Assembly: GCA_963731265.1 (NCBI GenBank)
Contig: CAVSUE010000002.1
Location: 64,001 to 128,000 of the forward strand
Direction of reading: 5' to 3'
Length of the DNA: 64,000 nucleotides
From: an uncultured Verrucomicrobiae bacterium
Lineage (GTDB): Bacteria > Chlamydiota > Chlamydiia > Chlamydiales > Rhabdochlamydiaceae
Part shown: in pieces, positions 19,708-29,237 of the stretch
Numbering within the stretch: position 1 is the first letter of the stretch
Layout: every line of letters begins with the position of its first letter
Translations under genes and position numbers: made by a program
The notes under the pieces: generated by a model
What the model was told of the DNA's origin: nothing
Databases searched by the model: none
What the model saw: only the letters and a program-made list of their open reading frames with translations

Positions 19708-20478
19708 TTATTTTTTCGAATCGGGAAGTCCGACCATTTCATTGAGCGCCTGTTTTACCACAGTCCGTCCAATCAGGGCAATCGACTCCGTCAGTGGAAT
19801 ATTTTTTGGACAGACAGCGACGCAATTTTGCGCATTGCCGCAGTCAGAAACGCCACCTTCTTCCATCATGGGGCGAAGACGTTCCCCTTCCATCAACTTG
19901 CCGACGGGGTGCGTATTGAAAAGGCGCACTTGAGAAATGGCGGCGGGACCGATAAATTTGGAATGGGAATTGATCTGGGGGCAAGCTTCTATACAGCAGG
20001 CGCAGGTCATGCATGTCGAAAGGACATACATAGCTTCTTGGACCTTCGGGCTGATCTTGGGGCCGAATCCGCGGTCGAGGGCGTCATCGACCTCCACCCA
20101 TGCTTTGATGCGCTTCAAATTTTCAAACATGATATCGCGATTGACAACGAGATCCTTGACTAAAGGAAATTTCGTCATGGGAGCGATGGTGACGGTGTCG
20201 CTCCCCGTGGATTGCAGCATTTGGTGGATCAAAGCTGTACAGCCTTGGCGAGGCCGCCCATTGATCAGCATCGAACACGACCCGCAGACCTCTTCGAGGC
20301 AGCCTTGCTCCCAGGCAACAGGTGTCACTTTTTCTTTTTTACGGTTGATGGGATTTTTTTGGACCTCCATCAACGCTGCGGTGATATTAAAATAAGGCTT
20401 CAGCTCAAGTTCAAATTCTTCCCAATACTGGTTTCCCGGCACTCCGCGGTAGACTTTAAGGATGAACGTTTTATTCAC
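19708..20478 (-). CDS. sdhB: Succinate dehydrogenase iron-sulfur subunit
   Basis: CLEEVCGSC, CMTCACCIEACP, CGNAQNCVAVCP. Confidence 0.97.
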   Translation of the reverse strand: MNKTFILKVYRGVPGNQYWEEFELELKPYFNITAALMEVQKNPINRKKEKVTPVAWEQGCLEEVCGSCSMLINGRPRQGCTALIHQMLQSTGSDTVTIAPMTKFPLVKDLVVNRDIMFENLKRIKAWVEVDDALDRGFGPKISPKVQEAMYVLSTCMTCACCIEACPQINSHSKFIGPAAISQVRLFNTHPVGKLMEGERLRPMMEEGGVSDCGNAQNCVAVCPKNIPLTESIALIGRTVVKQALNEMVGLPDSKK

Positions 20479-20481
20479 TTC

Positions 20482-22371
20482 TCACACCGGTAACTTGATA
20501 TTGGAAGGCAAATTTTCAAAATGGGGAATCACTTTCTTTGCTTTGCTGTAATCGCGAGCCATCGGTTTTAAATAGCGCAAGTCGATTGGCGCGTAGCTGA
20601 TCACAGGCTCGTCCTGATTCGGATCATATGCGGCAATCGTTGTTTTTAGCCAGTTCTTGTCATCGCGTTGCGGGAACTCAGGCTTGTAGTGCGATCCGCG
20701 GAATTCATCGCGGAGTAAAGCTCCCTTAGTCATAACGAGCGCAAGTTCGAGCATGGGGCTAAATTGATTGGCAAACGTATAAGTTTGGTTGACGCGCAAC
20801 CCTCGATCGTCGAGGCTGATGTTTTTATAACGTTCCCGGATCGCTTTGATCACATCCAGTGTGTTTCTCAAATCGGCATTGTTTCTTTTAACAGTGACAT
20901 TTTTGACCATGACATCGGCCAGCTCGTCATGCAGCTTGTGAACGTTTTCTTTGCCGTTTCTCGACATCAAATCGCGCATCAACGCTTCTTCTTGACCCAA
21001 TGCATTGGAGAAAATACGGGAAGGCAGATTCCCATAGCTGGATTTGAGCGTTTCTAAATAACGGGGAACTTCCATCCCTGCGACAAGACCGCCGAAGATG
21101 CAGGAAAGCAAGGAATTAGCGCCGAGTCGGTTTGCTCCATGGTATTGGAATTCGGATTCGCCGACATTGAAACAGCCCGGAATGTTTGTCATTTGCCGGA
21201 ACCGTTGCATCCGGTCTTCGTCTTCCACTGCCGGCCAATCGACCCAGGCCCCACCCATCGAATAGTGGACAGCGGGGAAAATTTTCATGGGGACTTTGTG
21301 AGGATCTTCGCCTGTAAATTTGCGATAGATATCGAGGACTGACTCGATCTTATGTTGAATCTGCCGCGAAAGATGGGAAACATCGAGATAAACTTGCATC
21401 CCCCCTTCCACGCCAAGGCCAAGCTCGCAGATGCGCAAAACTTCCCGGGCGCCGATGTCGCGCGGGACAAGATTTCCAAAAGCGGGATACATTTCCTCAA
21501 GGAAATACCAGGGCTTTCCTGTCGCGCCGCAAGGAATTGTTTTTCCCTCAGGGGTGGTGATCGATTTCGAAGAATCGCCATAAACCCACATCCTTCCCCC
21601 TTCTCCCCGCGAAGATTCGGAAATCAAACGCAATTTGTCTTCGCCTGGAATCGCAGTCGGGTGGATCTGAATGAATTCGCCGTTGGCATATTGCATCCCT
21701 TGCATGTACAGCCGTCCATTGGCAGCCCCTGTACAAAATGTCGAATTGGTCGACTTTTTAAAAATAAGTCCCGGGCCGCCTGTTCCAAACACGACTGCGT
21801 CGGCTTTTAAAACATCGAGTTTTAGACTCGAAAGGTCCATGATGACTATGCCGCGCGCGCAGCCTTCTTCATCCATGACAAGGCGCATGAATTCATGGTT
21901 TTCAAATTTTTCGACTTGGCCTTGCGCTTCATAGCGCCGCACCTGCTCGTCCAAAGAATAAAGGAGCTGCTGTCCCGTCGATGCGCCGCAAAAAGCTGTG
22001 CGATGGTAAAGCGTTCCGCCGAAACGGCGGAAGTCGAGATCCCCTTCAGGTGTGCGGTTGAAAGTGCAGCCGAACCGGTCCAGCATGCGGATGATACCCG
22101 GAGCGGCAAGACACATTTCGACGACAGGGGGTTGGTCAGCGAGAAAATCTCCCCCTTTGATCGTATCGTAAGCATGGATGAGCGGCGAATCGTCTTCATT
22201 CTTTAAATTCATGGCGGCATTGATACCGCCCTGCGCGCAAACGGAGTGCGACCTTTTGACTTTTGTCACCGAGACGATTTTGACATGGCATCCATTTTCA
22301 GCTAATTTCATTGCTGCGGCAAGCCCGGCAAGCCCACCGCCGACCACGATCACTTCTTTTCCCATTTTCAT
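20482..22371 (-). CDS. sdhA: Succinate dehydrogenase flavoprotein subunit (ancestral start probably 22365)
   Basis: VVGGGLAG, RSHSVCAQGGINA, QIHPT, HYSMGG, HGANRLGANSL. Confidence 0.98.
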   Translation of the reverse strand: MKMGKEVIVVGGGLAGLAAAMKLAENGCHVKIVSVTKVKRSHSVCAQGGINAAMNLKNEDDSPLIHAYDTIKGGDFLADQPPVVEMCLAAPGIIRMLDRFGCTFNRTPEGDLDFRRFGGTLYHRTAFCGASTGQQLLYSLDEQVRRYEAQGQVEKFENHEFMRLVMDEEGCARGIVIMDLSSLKLDVLKADAVVFGTGGPGLIFKKSTNSTFCTGAANGRLYMQGMQYANGEFIQIHPTAIPGEDKLRLISESSRGEGGRMWVYGDSSKSITTPEGKTIPCGATGKPWYFLEEMYPAFGNLVPRDIGAREVLRICELGLGVEGGMQVYLDVSHLSRQIQHKIESVLDIYRKFTGEDPHKVPMKIFPAVHYSMGGAWVDWPAVEDEDRMQRFRQMTNIPGCFNVGESEFQYHGANRLGANSLLSCIFGGLVAGMEVPRYLETLKSSYGNLPSRIFSNALGQEEALMRDLMSRNGKENVHKLHDELADVMVKNVTVKRNNADLRNTLDVIKAIRERYKNISLDDRGLRVNQTYTFANQFSPMLELALVMTKGALLRDEFRGSHYKPEFPQRDDKNWLKTTIAAYDPNQDEPVISYAPIDLRYLKPMARDYSKAKKVIPHFENLPSNIKLPV

Positions 22372-22484
22372 CCGTCCTCCGGCGGAAACCCGGCCCTTAA
22401 GGGCCGGGTATTTTCAAAAACAATGTTGGGCCGAGTTCGAAGCTCGGCCCCAACTTAATCCCAGGCCTTAAGGCCTGGGTTCAC
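22367..22484 (-). repeat. Palindromic repeat family A, copy 4, between sdhC and sdhA
   Basis: Reverse complement of the 1456 unit; on the minus strand reads GTGAA...GGAGGACGGATGAA. Confidence 0.95.
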
Positions 22485-22489
22485 TTGGA

Positions 22490-23368
22490 TTATGCCTTTA
22501 AATTTAACCAGTAGGTTCCCCATACAGCGGCCAGCCCCAGGAAAAGCATAATGGCCATGAATACGATGGAAACAGCCACCCATGCCCTCTGGGCGGCCAT
22601 TTTCAATACCCATCCCCAAGTGATCAGGAATGTCCAAAATCCATTGCAGGCATGAAAACAGGCCGCCAGGACAAAAATCGTATAAAGTCCTAGATAAATG
22701 GGATTTTTAAACGTGTTGCGGACCGCAAGGAGCGAAGCCGTTCCGAATTCCTTAGCGACGGCAATCACATGGCCCGAAGAAATTTTTTGTTTTTCCAAGG
22801 CTTCGACTAAATTGTTTGCAACTTTTGCTCTTTCGTTGGCCACAGTTTCTGAATCATATAATTTAACATCCAAGCGGTTAGCAACCGTATCAAGTCCTTC
22901 ATCCCTCGATACTTGGATCAGATAATAAGTCTGGTCCCCCGCGTGCACTTTTGTGGGATAATCGATAAAGCGGAATTTAGCCACGTGAAGGAGGATACAG
23001 ATCAATAAAATCCAGGAAGTGATGCGCTGCCAAGTGTAGGCGCGATTTCGTCCAAGCGGAAGGTGAGGAGTGCTACCATCCGAGCGAGAGCTGTTGAATT
23101 TACTCGTGAATAAGTATTTGACCCCCCAGATCATGTGAATCAAAAAAGGAACCCCGAGCAAAGTCACTTCAATGACTTCCAAATAAGGCAAATTATGGAT
23201 CGCATTCACCATGTCGACAAAGCCTTTTCCATTATCACCCAGCCATAAAGCCGCTTGCGAATTTGTCAGAAGATGTTCGATCAAAAACAAAACGAGCCAA
23301 AGCCCCATCAACGAATGAAGCCTGCGCCAAATAAAAGCCTTAGGAATTGCCGAGGTTGCAACACTCAT
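22490..23368 (-). CDS. sdhC: Succinate dehydrogenase cytochrome b558 subunit
   Basis: RRLHSLMG, FLIEHL, WQRIT, CFHACNG.WTFLITWG; adjacent to sdhA and sdhB. Confidence 0.95.
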   Translation of the reverse strand: MSVATSAIPKAFIWRRLHSLMGLWLVLFLIEHLLTNSQAALWLGDNGKGFVDMVNAIHNLPYLEVIEVTLLGVPFLIHMIWGVKYLFTSKFNSSRSDGSTPHLPLGRNRAYTWQRITSWILLICILLHVAKFRFIDYPTKVHAGDQTYYLIQVSRDEGLDTVANRLDVKLYDSETVANERAKVANNLVEALEKQKISSGHVIAVAKEFGTASLLAVRNTFKNPIYLGLYTIFVLAACFHACNGFWTFLITWGWVLKMAAQRAWVAVSIVFMAIMLFLGLAAVWGTYWLNLKA

Positions 23369-23394
23369 GAAAAAACACCTTTCAGTAAGGAACC

Positions 23395-23553
23395 TAACCG
23401 AATAAAAAGTTTCAGTCGATTTTTCGGTTCTTTTGAGCCGAGTTTCGATTCAAATTGTGGGGGTAATATCACTTTCGAATATGAACCCCACAATTTGAAT
23501 CGAAACTCGGCCAAAAATAATCCAAAAACTCGACGAAAAATTTTATTAGGTTA
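23395..23553. mobile_element. MITE-like hairpin with the family B core (inverted) and different TA-bounded termini
   Basis: Core GTCGATTTTTCGGTTCTTTTGAGCCG...CGGCCAAAAATAATCCAAAAACTCGAC matches the reverse complement of 9146-9259; ends TAACCGAATAAAA / TTTTATTAGGTTA. Confidence 0.85.
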
Positions 23554-23595
23554 TGTTCAACAGCTTTACATTCTTGTAAGAACTGTTTTTACTCT

Positions 23596-24372
23596 TTATG
23601 GAAGTTTTGAAAAAGAAAAAAATCTCGCGGCATTTTCAACAGTCGCAGCCGCGAGTTTGTCGACAGAAATCCCCATCGTCTCAGCGATCGCACGCGCTGT
23701 TTCAGACAGGTACGCAGGCTCATTTAATTGACCACGATGGCTTTGTGGCGCGAGATAGGGAGCATCCGTCTCGATCAGCAGACGATCTAGGGGAACGTAT
23801 TTCGCGACCTCCCTCAACGCTGCAGACTTCTTAAAGGTCACGATGCCACTGATCGATAAATACCATCCCCGGTTCATAACATCACGCGCCTCGTCCAAAT
23901 TTCCTGTGAAACAATGCAGAAGGGCGGGATAACCACGATATTCCTCATCCGCCATAGAAAATAAATCAGCAAAAGCATCCCGGCAATGAAAAATCAAGGG
24001 CAGCTTTGCCTGCCTCGCTAAAGAAAAATACAGCGAAAGGTATTTCTGCTGCTCTTGTCGATTCGAGTGTTCGTAAAAATAGTCGAGACCTGTTTCTCCA
24101 ATCGCAATCAACTTTCCTTCGAGCGCACTCCGCTCCACGAATGGAAAAAAAACAGCGCCTTCTTTTTCCACATCATGAGGCGTCGTTGCCGCCGCATTAA
24201 AGATCCAAGGGGCATCTTGGTGTAGCAAAAGGCCCTCAGCCAAACTTTTTTCATCCGTACAAATGTTGACAATTTTTTCAATCCCGGCCTTTTTCGCCCT
24301 TGCAACCACATCATCCAATACAGGGAGTATTTGTTCAGATGTGAGATGAGCGTGCGTGTCGATCAGCTTCAT
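23596..24372 (-). CDS. tatD: TatD-family hydrolase
   Basis: IDTHAHL, AIGETGLDY, HCRDA, LHCFTG, ETDAPYLAP. Confidence 0.95.
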   Translation of the reverse strand: MKLIDTHAHLTSEQILPVLDDVVARAKKAGIEKIVNICTDEKSLAEGLLLHQDAPWIFNAAATTPHDVEKEGAVFFPFVERSALEGKLIAIGETGLDYFYEHSNRQEQQKYLSLYFSLARQAKLPLIFHCRDAFADLFSMADEEYRGYPALLHCFTGNLDEARDVMNRGWYLSISGIVTFKKSAALREVAKYVPLDRLLIETDAPYLAPQSHRGQLNEPAYLSETARAIAETMGISVDKLAAATVENAARFFSFSKLP

Positions 24373-25921
24373 AAAACTCTGAGTGTGTCTGCGATTTTGC
24401 TAAGTAGGCATGTTCAATGTAAACTCTACCTACAGGGGAGTAAAAAATATTTTTTAAATGCGGCTTTTGTAAATAAGAATACGAAAAAAAATACAAAGGG
24501 GCAATGGGCATTTGTTTAATCAAGAACTGCTCTGCTTGTTCGATCACATCAAGCTTTCGGCTTTCATCCCCCTCTTTTAGATAACGCTCTAATAGCCCAG
24601 AGTATTCTTTATGAGACCACCCTGCAAAATTCTTTCCGCTTTCGGGATTTTTTAGCCTTTCAAGAAGATTCATCGGGTGATTGTATTGGGCGATCCACTG
24701 AGTGAATGAGATCAGATATTCACGTTTAGAAAGGCGATCGTAAAAAATTTTAAATTCAAGAGGTTCAAGATGAATTTTTATGGAAAAAGTCTCTTCCCAG
24801 TCCCTTTTGAGAGATTTGGCGATTTGAAAATTGATCTCCGAGGCCTCAAAGGAAAGTTTCCAAGGCAATTTTTTCACACTTTTCCCAAGTTCTTTGATCC
24901 CTTTCTGGAAATATTTTTGGGCGATTTCCCCGTCCGCATCCGGGAAAAATTCGCTCGTCTTGTTTTTCTTTAAAATCGGGGGCACAAGCCCCGTCGCAAG
25001 TGTAGCATTTGGAAGATAAAGTTTTCGCAAAATTTTTTTTCTATCAACAGCATAGGAGAATGCCGTCCTAAAATTTCGATTGGAAAAAGGGAATTGCTGA
25101 CAGTTAAAAAAACAGAGAGAGACTCCACCAATCGATTGACTTTTCCATTCTTGCTCAAGGGCGGGCAAATGATTGACAGGAAGGGGGGAATAAGGTTCGC
25201 CGACCCAATCTAATTGTCCTGATACAAAAAGATTAAAGGCCTCTTTTGGATCTGGAATGATGCGAATCAGAATCGACTCGAAAAAAATTGAAAAAGCTTG
25301 CTTATAGTGTGGATTTTTTTTGAAAAGGAGCTCCTTCCCGACAATCCATTTCACTAATTGAAATGGACCGCTGCAGGCAAACGCCTCATTTCGAAGAGGG
25401 TCTTCGAAGTGAGAAGGGACAGGAAAAAAGTTACAAAAGCTGATGATCTCTAAAAAATTCGGAATGGGATTTTCCAATTCGATGACGAGTTTGTTAGTTC
25501 CCTCTGCATAGATGCCAACTTTTTCTAGAGGCTTTTCTCCTTTTTTTGCTGCCTGGGCGTTTTTAATCGAATAAAACAAATGGGCGGACAAAGAAGGGAA
25601 ACTAGGGTGTAACACAGCTTTCCAAGAACTGACAAAATCTTGCGCAGTAATGGGCTTTCCATCGCTCCAATAATGTTCTCCAAGATAAAACACATACCGC
25701 TTTTCATCGCGGGAAATTTGAAAAGATTCCGCGATATCGAAAGTGATCTCATGATTTGCTTGCAGCTTCGTGAGGCCTCTAAAAAGCAAGAAGATGGCAG
25801 CCGAGGAAATCGCGTCGCCGCTCTTTCTCGGGTCCAGCGTGGAAGGATCTTTATGAAAGCTGGTTCTAAGACTTTTTTGCATCATTGAAAACCAGAAATT
25901 TGATTCTTGGCAATTTCGCAT
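24335..25921 (-). CDS. OppA-like (family 5) solute-binding protein with no evident signal peptide; start may be 25885
   Basis: DPSTLDPR, LFRGLT, WSDGKPITAQDFV.SW, SGPF.L..W, FRTAFSYAVDR, MPIAPLY. Confidence 0.85.
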   Translation of the reverse strand: MRNCQESNFWFSMMQKSLRTSFHKDPSTLDPRKSGDAISSAAIFLLFRGLTKLQANHEITFDIAESFQISRDEKRYVFYLGEHYWSDGKPITAQDFVSSWKAVLHPSFPSLSAHLFYSIKNAQAAKKGEKPLEKVGIYAEGTNKLVIELENPIPNFLEIISFCNFFPVPSHFEDPLRNEAFACSGPFQLVKWIVGKELLFKKNPHYKQAFSIFFESILIRIIPDPKEAFNLFVSGQLDWVGEPYSPLPVNHLPALEQEWKSQSIGGVSLCFFNCQQFPFSNRNFRTAFSYAVDRKKILRKLYLPNATLATGLVPPILKKNKTSEFFPDADGEIAQKYFQKGIKELGKSVKKLPWKLSFEASEINFQIAKSLKRDWEETFSIKIHLEPLEFKIFYDRLSKREYLISFTQWIAQYNHPMNLLERLKNPESGKNFAGWSHKEYSGLLERYLKEGDESRKLDVIEQAEQFLIKQMPIAPLYFFSYSYLQKPHLKNIFYSPVGRVYIEHAYLAKSQTHSEFYEADRHARSSHI

Positions 25922-25956
25922 ACTTGATGTAAATTTTAAAGAAAAAAGAGTTTTTT

Positions 25957-26847
25957 TTGAGACCTGTCGAAAAAGGAATTTTCATTTCCCTTGCCGCCTA
26001 TGCTTGCTATGCATTTGCGGCCTTTCTTATTAAGACAATCCCTCTATCTTTTCCCCTCATCGTCTTCGCGCGCAATTTCATTGGTTTTTGCTTTTTTTTA
26101 TTTCTTTTTCTAAGAAAAAAAGAACAATTAAAAACAAAACGGCTGCCTTTTCATTTCGTTCGCTCATCGTTGAGCCTTGTCTCGATTTATTTCTCGACAT
26201 ATGGAATTCAACACTTGAATTTAGGCAATGCGATTTTGCTGGAGCAGACCGCCCCTTTCTTTATTCTTGCGATTCTATTTATTTGGCGTGGAGAAAAAAT
26301 TTCTTCCCGAAGTCTTCTTGCTATCTTTGCCGCATTCATTGGAATCGGCTGCATTCTCAGCCCGCATATTGGCGTATGGAACATCTGTGCGATGGCGTCT
26401 TTAGCTGCTGCGCTGTTGATCGCCTTGAGTTACATTTTCATTGAATCGTTAACAAAAACTGAGTCCTCTCTTTGCATTCTATTCTATTTTTTATCCATTT
26501 CTTCTCTTTTAAGTTTTGGACCAGCTCTCAGTTATTGGGGAGAGCTCCATTCCATCCATCATTGGCTGACATTGCTTGGCATTGGTTTTTTCTTTGCCCT
26601 CTTTCAATGGCTCCTCACTCAAGCGCTTACCTTTGCTGGCGCCAATGTCGTTGGAGGCTATACTTTTTTTACCGCCGTTTTCTCAGTTATCTTAGGGTTT
26701 TTTTTCCTCGGAGAAAAGTTATCTTTCGCACAAATCACCGGCAGTCTACTCATCCTTGGCGCCGGATTGTATGTTTTTCATGAGAAAAGGAAAAAAATCA
26801 GGCAAAACAATCCTGAACGTTTTCCTATTGCAGAGGAAGAAAAGTGA
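25957..26847 (+). CDS. EamA/DMT-family transporter
   Basis: About 10 hydrophobic segments in two repeats; ARNFIG, APFF, LGEK..GSLLILGAG. Confidence 0.85.
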   Translation: MRPVEKGIFISLAAYACYAFAAFLIKTIPLSFPLIVFARNFIGFCFFLFLFLRKKEQLKTKRLPFHFVRSSLSLVSIYFSTYGIQHLNLGNAILLEQTAPFFILAILFIWRGEKISSRSLLAIFAAFIGIGCILSPHIGVWNICAMASLAAALLIALSYIFIESLTKTESSLCILFYFLSISSLLSFGPALSYWGELHSIHHWLTLLGIGFFFALFQWLLTQALTFAGANVVGGYTFFTAVFSVILGFFFLGEKLSFAQITGSLLILGAGLYVFHEKRKKIRQNNPERFPIAEEEK

Positions 26848-26859
26848 AACAAAGCTTAT

Positions 26860-27000
26860 GAGTCAAGTTGCAAAACTACACGCCAGCGGAAAATCAAAGA
26901 TTTGGCGACTTTTTATCAAATGCGGAGGGGAAGCGCCTTCACCCGAACAAGGGGCGGCAAAAAGGGGATTTTCCGCGGCGAAGAGCTTTGCAACGGGCTC
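26860..27000. repeat. About 140-bp element with imperfect terminal inverted repeats
   Basis: GAGTCAAGTTGCAAAACTACACGCCAGCGGAAAATC versus the reverse complement of the right end, GAGCCCGTTGCAAAGCTCTTCGCCGCGGAAAATC. Confidence 0.7.
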
Positions 27001-27038
27001 TCAATCAATCGTCGAATCAACAGCGGCTTTGACGCAGC

Positions 27039-27239
27039 TTATTTTCCTTGGCAGGCGCATTTGCCAGTATGGCAAGTGCAGTCCGGATCCTCTACGCTTG
27101 ATTGAGATTGAAATGGAGATTGCTTATCAAGCGGTGTCTTTTTGCTCTTGTCTTTCTCATTTAAAGAGGGAAGCAAGCAATCTGTGTCTTTTTTAAAACT
27201 TTCCATATTCCTCTCCAGTAAAATGGCCAAATTAGACAA
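27039..27239 (-). CDS. Possible small protein with a Cys/His-rich tail (CTCHTGKCAC)
   Basis: Short ORF with GGAGAGG before an internal ATG (MESFKK). Confidence 0.4.
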   Translation of the reverse strand: MSNLAILLERNMESFKKDTDCLLPSLNEKDKSKKTPLDKQSPFQSQSSVEDPDCTCHTGKCACQGK

Positions 27240-27313
27240 ATTCTAACTATTCAGATGATTTAAGGACTACTGGAATCTGAAAGTGATGAGACAAGTGTTG
27301 CTGCAGAAATAAT

Positions 27314-28291
27314 TCACAAAACCTGACGGAGCGCTGTATAATGACTGCGACGAACTTCATGCTCTACCTGCCGCTTAAAAGCTTCTTTCTGACTGACAAC
27401 GGTGACATTGGGAAAACGGCACAACCCTTTTAGAAATGCTTCGTAAGAGACTTCAGGCAGCTCAGGCACTTCTTCGAGCAGAGGATCGAAAATAGGGCTT
27501 ATTTCTTTATAGCAATAGCGGCGGACGAAATCGCGGCCATTGAAGGGACGCGAGAATTCTTCATGGACCAGCTGTTTCCAATCCCGTTCCCAGTGATGCC
27601 CCCACGCGGCAAACTTTTTGAGCAGCTCTTCTTTCGTTCGCACGCCGCTGTAGTGGCGGATCATCGGCTTGTCATCCTTGCCCCGTACTCCATGTCGTTT
27701 TTTATCCGGGAGGCGGTGAAAAAGCCCCATTCTTTCATCTTCGTCCCATAATAATTCAGGGTCCAGAGTTGATTTTTTTACGAGAAGGCTCATGTCATCG
27801 AACGCGAGAGCTTCGAATTTTGCCTCGCGAAAATGCCAAAGACATGCAAATCGATAGCAAGAGTGGCTATCAAAGTCCGCGGTTTGGAGCCAATCGACAA
27901 ATGTTTCTGTCTCGACAATCTCATCGCAATCCAGAAAAAGCAAAAAATCGGTGTCGGTGTAAAAGTAGCTGAGCCGTCTGCCGGTGTTGTGCCACTCATG
28001 GCGCCAATCCGAATGTTCCGGATAATGAGGGGAAAATGCCCGATAGCTTCGCGTCGGATTAAAATGAAAGACGAGGAATTGGCAATGGGGGAAACGGCGA
28101 TAGGCTTCCTCCAAAAGCGCGTAATTTTCCTGGGAGCCATCGAAAAAATGGTCGCAAACCGTGATGACCACATGCTCGCAAAAATCGGAAATGCCCAAAA
28201 TACAGCGGCTTAAAAAACGCCAATCGTTGGAACAAAAACTAATGACACCCGTGATCCGAGGAGATAACATTTTTGTAGGTTGCTCTTGCAT
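27314..28291 (-). CDS. GT-A fold glycosyltransferase (family 2-like)
   Basis: FLLFLDCDEIV DxD motif; HYSGVR..EELLKKF..WGH. Confidence 0.7.
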   Translation of the reverse strand: MQEQPTKMLSPRITGVISFCSNDWRFLSRCILGISDFCEHVVITVCDHFFDGSQENYALLEEAYRRFPHCQFLVFHFNPTRSYRAFSPHYPEHSDWRHEWHNTGRRLSYFYTDTDFLLFLDCDEIVETETFVDWLQTADFDSHSCYRFACLWHFREAKFEALAFDDMSLLVKKSTLDPELLWDEDERMGLFHRLPDKKRHGVRGKDDKPMIRHYSGVRTKEELLKKFAAWGHHWERDWKQLVHEEFSRPFNGRDFVRRYCYKEISPIFDPLLEEVPELPEVSYEAFLKGLCRFPNVTVVSQKEAFKRQVEHEVRRSHYTALRQVL

Positions 28292-28410
28292 TAAGGCTTC
28301 GTCGAATTTTCGGGATTATTGGGACCGCTTTTCGATTCTTTTTGTGAAAGTAGTATCTCTCAGTTGATACAACCCTCGCAAAAAGAACCCAAAAACCTAC
28401 AGAAGCTTAA
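28291..28410. repeat. Degenerate family B element filling the intergenic space between glycosyltransferase genes
   Basis: TTCGTCGA..GGATTATT..CCGCTTTTCGATTCTTTTTG..TAGTAT..CAGTTGATACAACCC..GCAAAAAGAA shared with the 9114 and 49322 copies. Confidence 0.75.
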
Positions 28411-29009
28411 TGCGACCCCAGCCTCTTAGACCTGCGGGAAGCTTGGTAATGTTCGATGATCACCTCATTTTCCGAGATGAAGAGATCATCAAAATCGAAG
28501 ATCTTGGCATATTTGAGAGGCATCGGCAAAAATTGAGCCTCCCCATTTCGATTCAAAACGTCTCGAAGCGCTGTTTGGTCCCCAAATTCTAAATTTCTTT
28601 CTTGGCATTGAAGCGCTTTTTCAGTTTCCTCGGCCCACTGTTCTAAAATAGCCATCCCCGGAGCACTATGTTGGACAAAGATAGTACCTGAGTGAATGCG
28701 CGAAGCATGATCTTTGGGGAGAAATTCGTTGATGCGCACGGAAATGTCGCAACAGGCAAAGTCGGTAAAATCGGGGCGTTGTTTAAAAACAGCATCGGGA
28801 TTAACCCATAAGACCGGACGCTGCCACTGGCGTAGCTTGCCCAAGATAAAGGATGGTTTCAAAGCGCAATTTTTTTCCCAGCTGCCCTCGGATTCCACTC
28901 CAACGATGTCCGCTTGGATTCTATGCCTTCCGCAGGAGTCCATTAAATTGATCACTTCCTTTTCATAAGGAGTTCGGAACGTATAAAATGATACGATAAT
29001 AGCATGCAT
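28407..29009 (-). CDS. Nucleotide-diphospho-sugar transferase-like protein (paralog 1, DxD altered to NPD)
   Basis: SFYT..TPY..E, GSWEKNCALKP.F, LWVNPDAVF, SGTIF, DQ, IEHYQASRR. Confidence 0.75.
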   Translation of the reverse strand: MHAIIVSFYTFRTPYEKEVINLMDSCGRHRIQADIVGVESEGSWEKNCALKPSFILGKLRQWQRPVLWVNPDAVFKQRPDFTDFACCDISVRINEFLPKDHASRIHSGTIFVQHSAPGMAILEQWAEETEKALQCQERNLEFGDQTALRDVLNRNGEAQFLPMPLKYAKIFDFDDLFISENEVIIEHYQASRRSKRLGSH

Positions 29010-29110
29010 ATGGAGTCTATCCCTGGACCTCTGTTAATTGCTTTTCGCGCCTTGTCGTAGTTAATTTAACTATGTACTGGGGCGCCGAATTACTTCCTAA
29101 AGAAAAAATC

Positions 29111-29203
29111 GGGATTAAGTTGGGGCCGAGCTTCGAACTCGGCCCAACATTGTTTTTGAAAATACCCGGTCCTTAAGGACCGGGTTTCCGCCGGAGGACG
29201 GAT
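29111..29203 (+). repeat. Palindromic repeat family A, copy 5 (5'-truncated, compensatory stem change)
   Basis: GGGATTAAGTTGGGGCCGAG...CCCGGTCCTTAAGGACCGGG...GGAGGACGGAT. Confidence 0.93.
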
Positions 29204-29237
29204 CAAAAATCAAATCACCCAATCCCCGGACAGCCTC

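Noticed and set aside
23255..23731. 158-aa plus-strand ORF
   Set aside because: Antisense to sdhC and tatD and runs through a palindromic element; likely spurious
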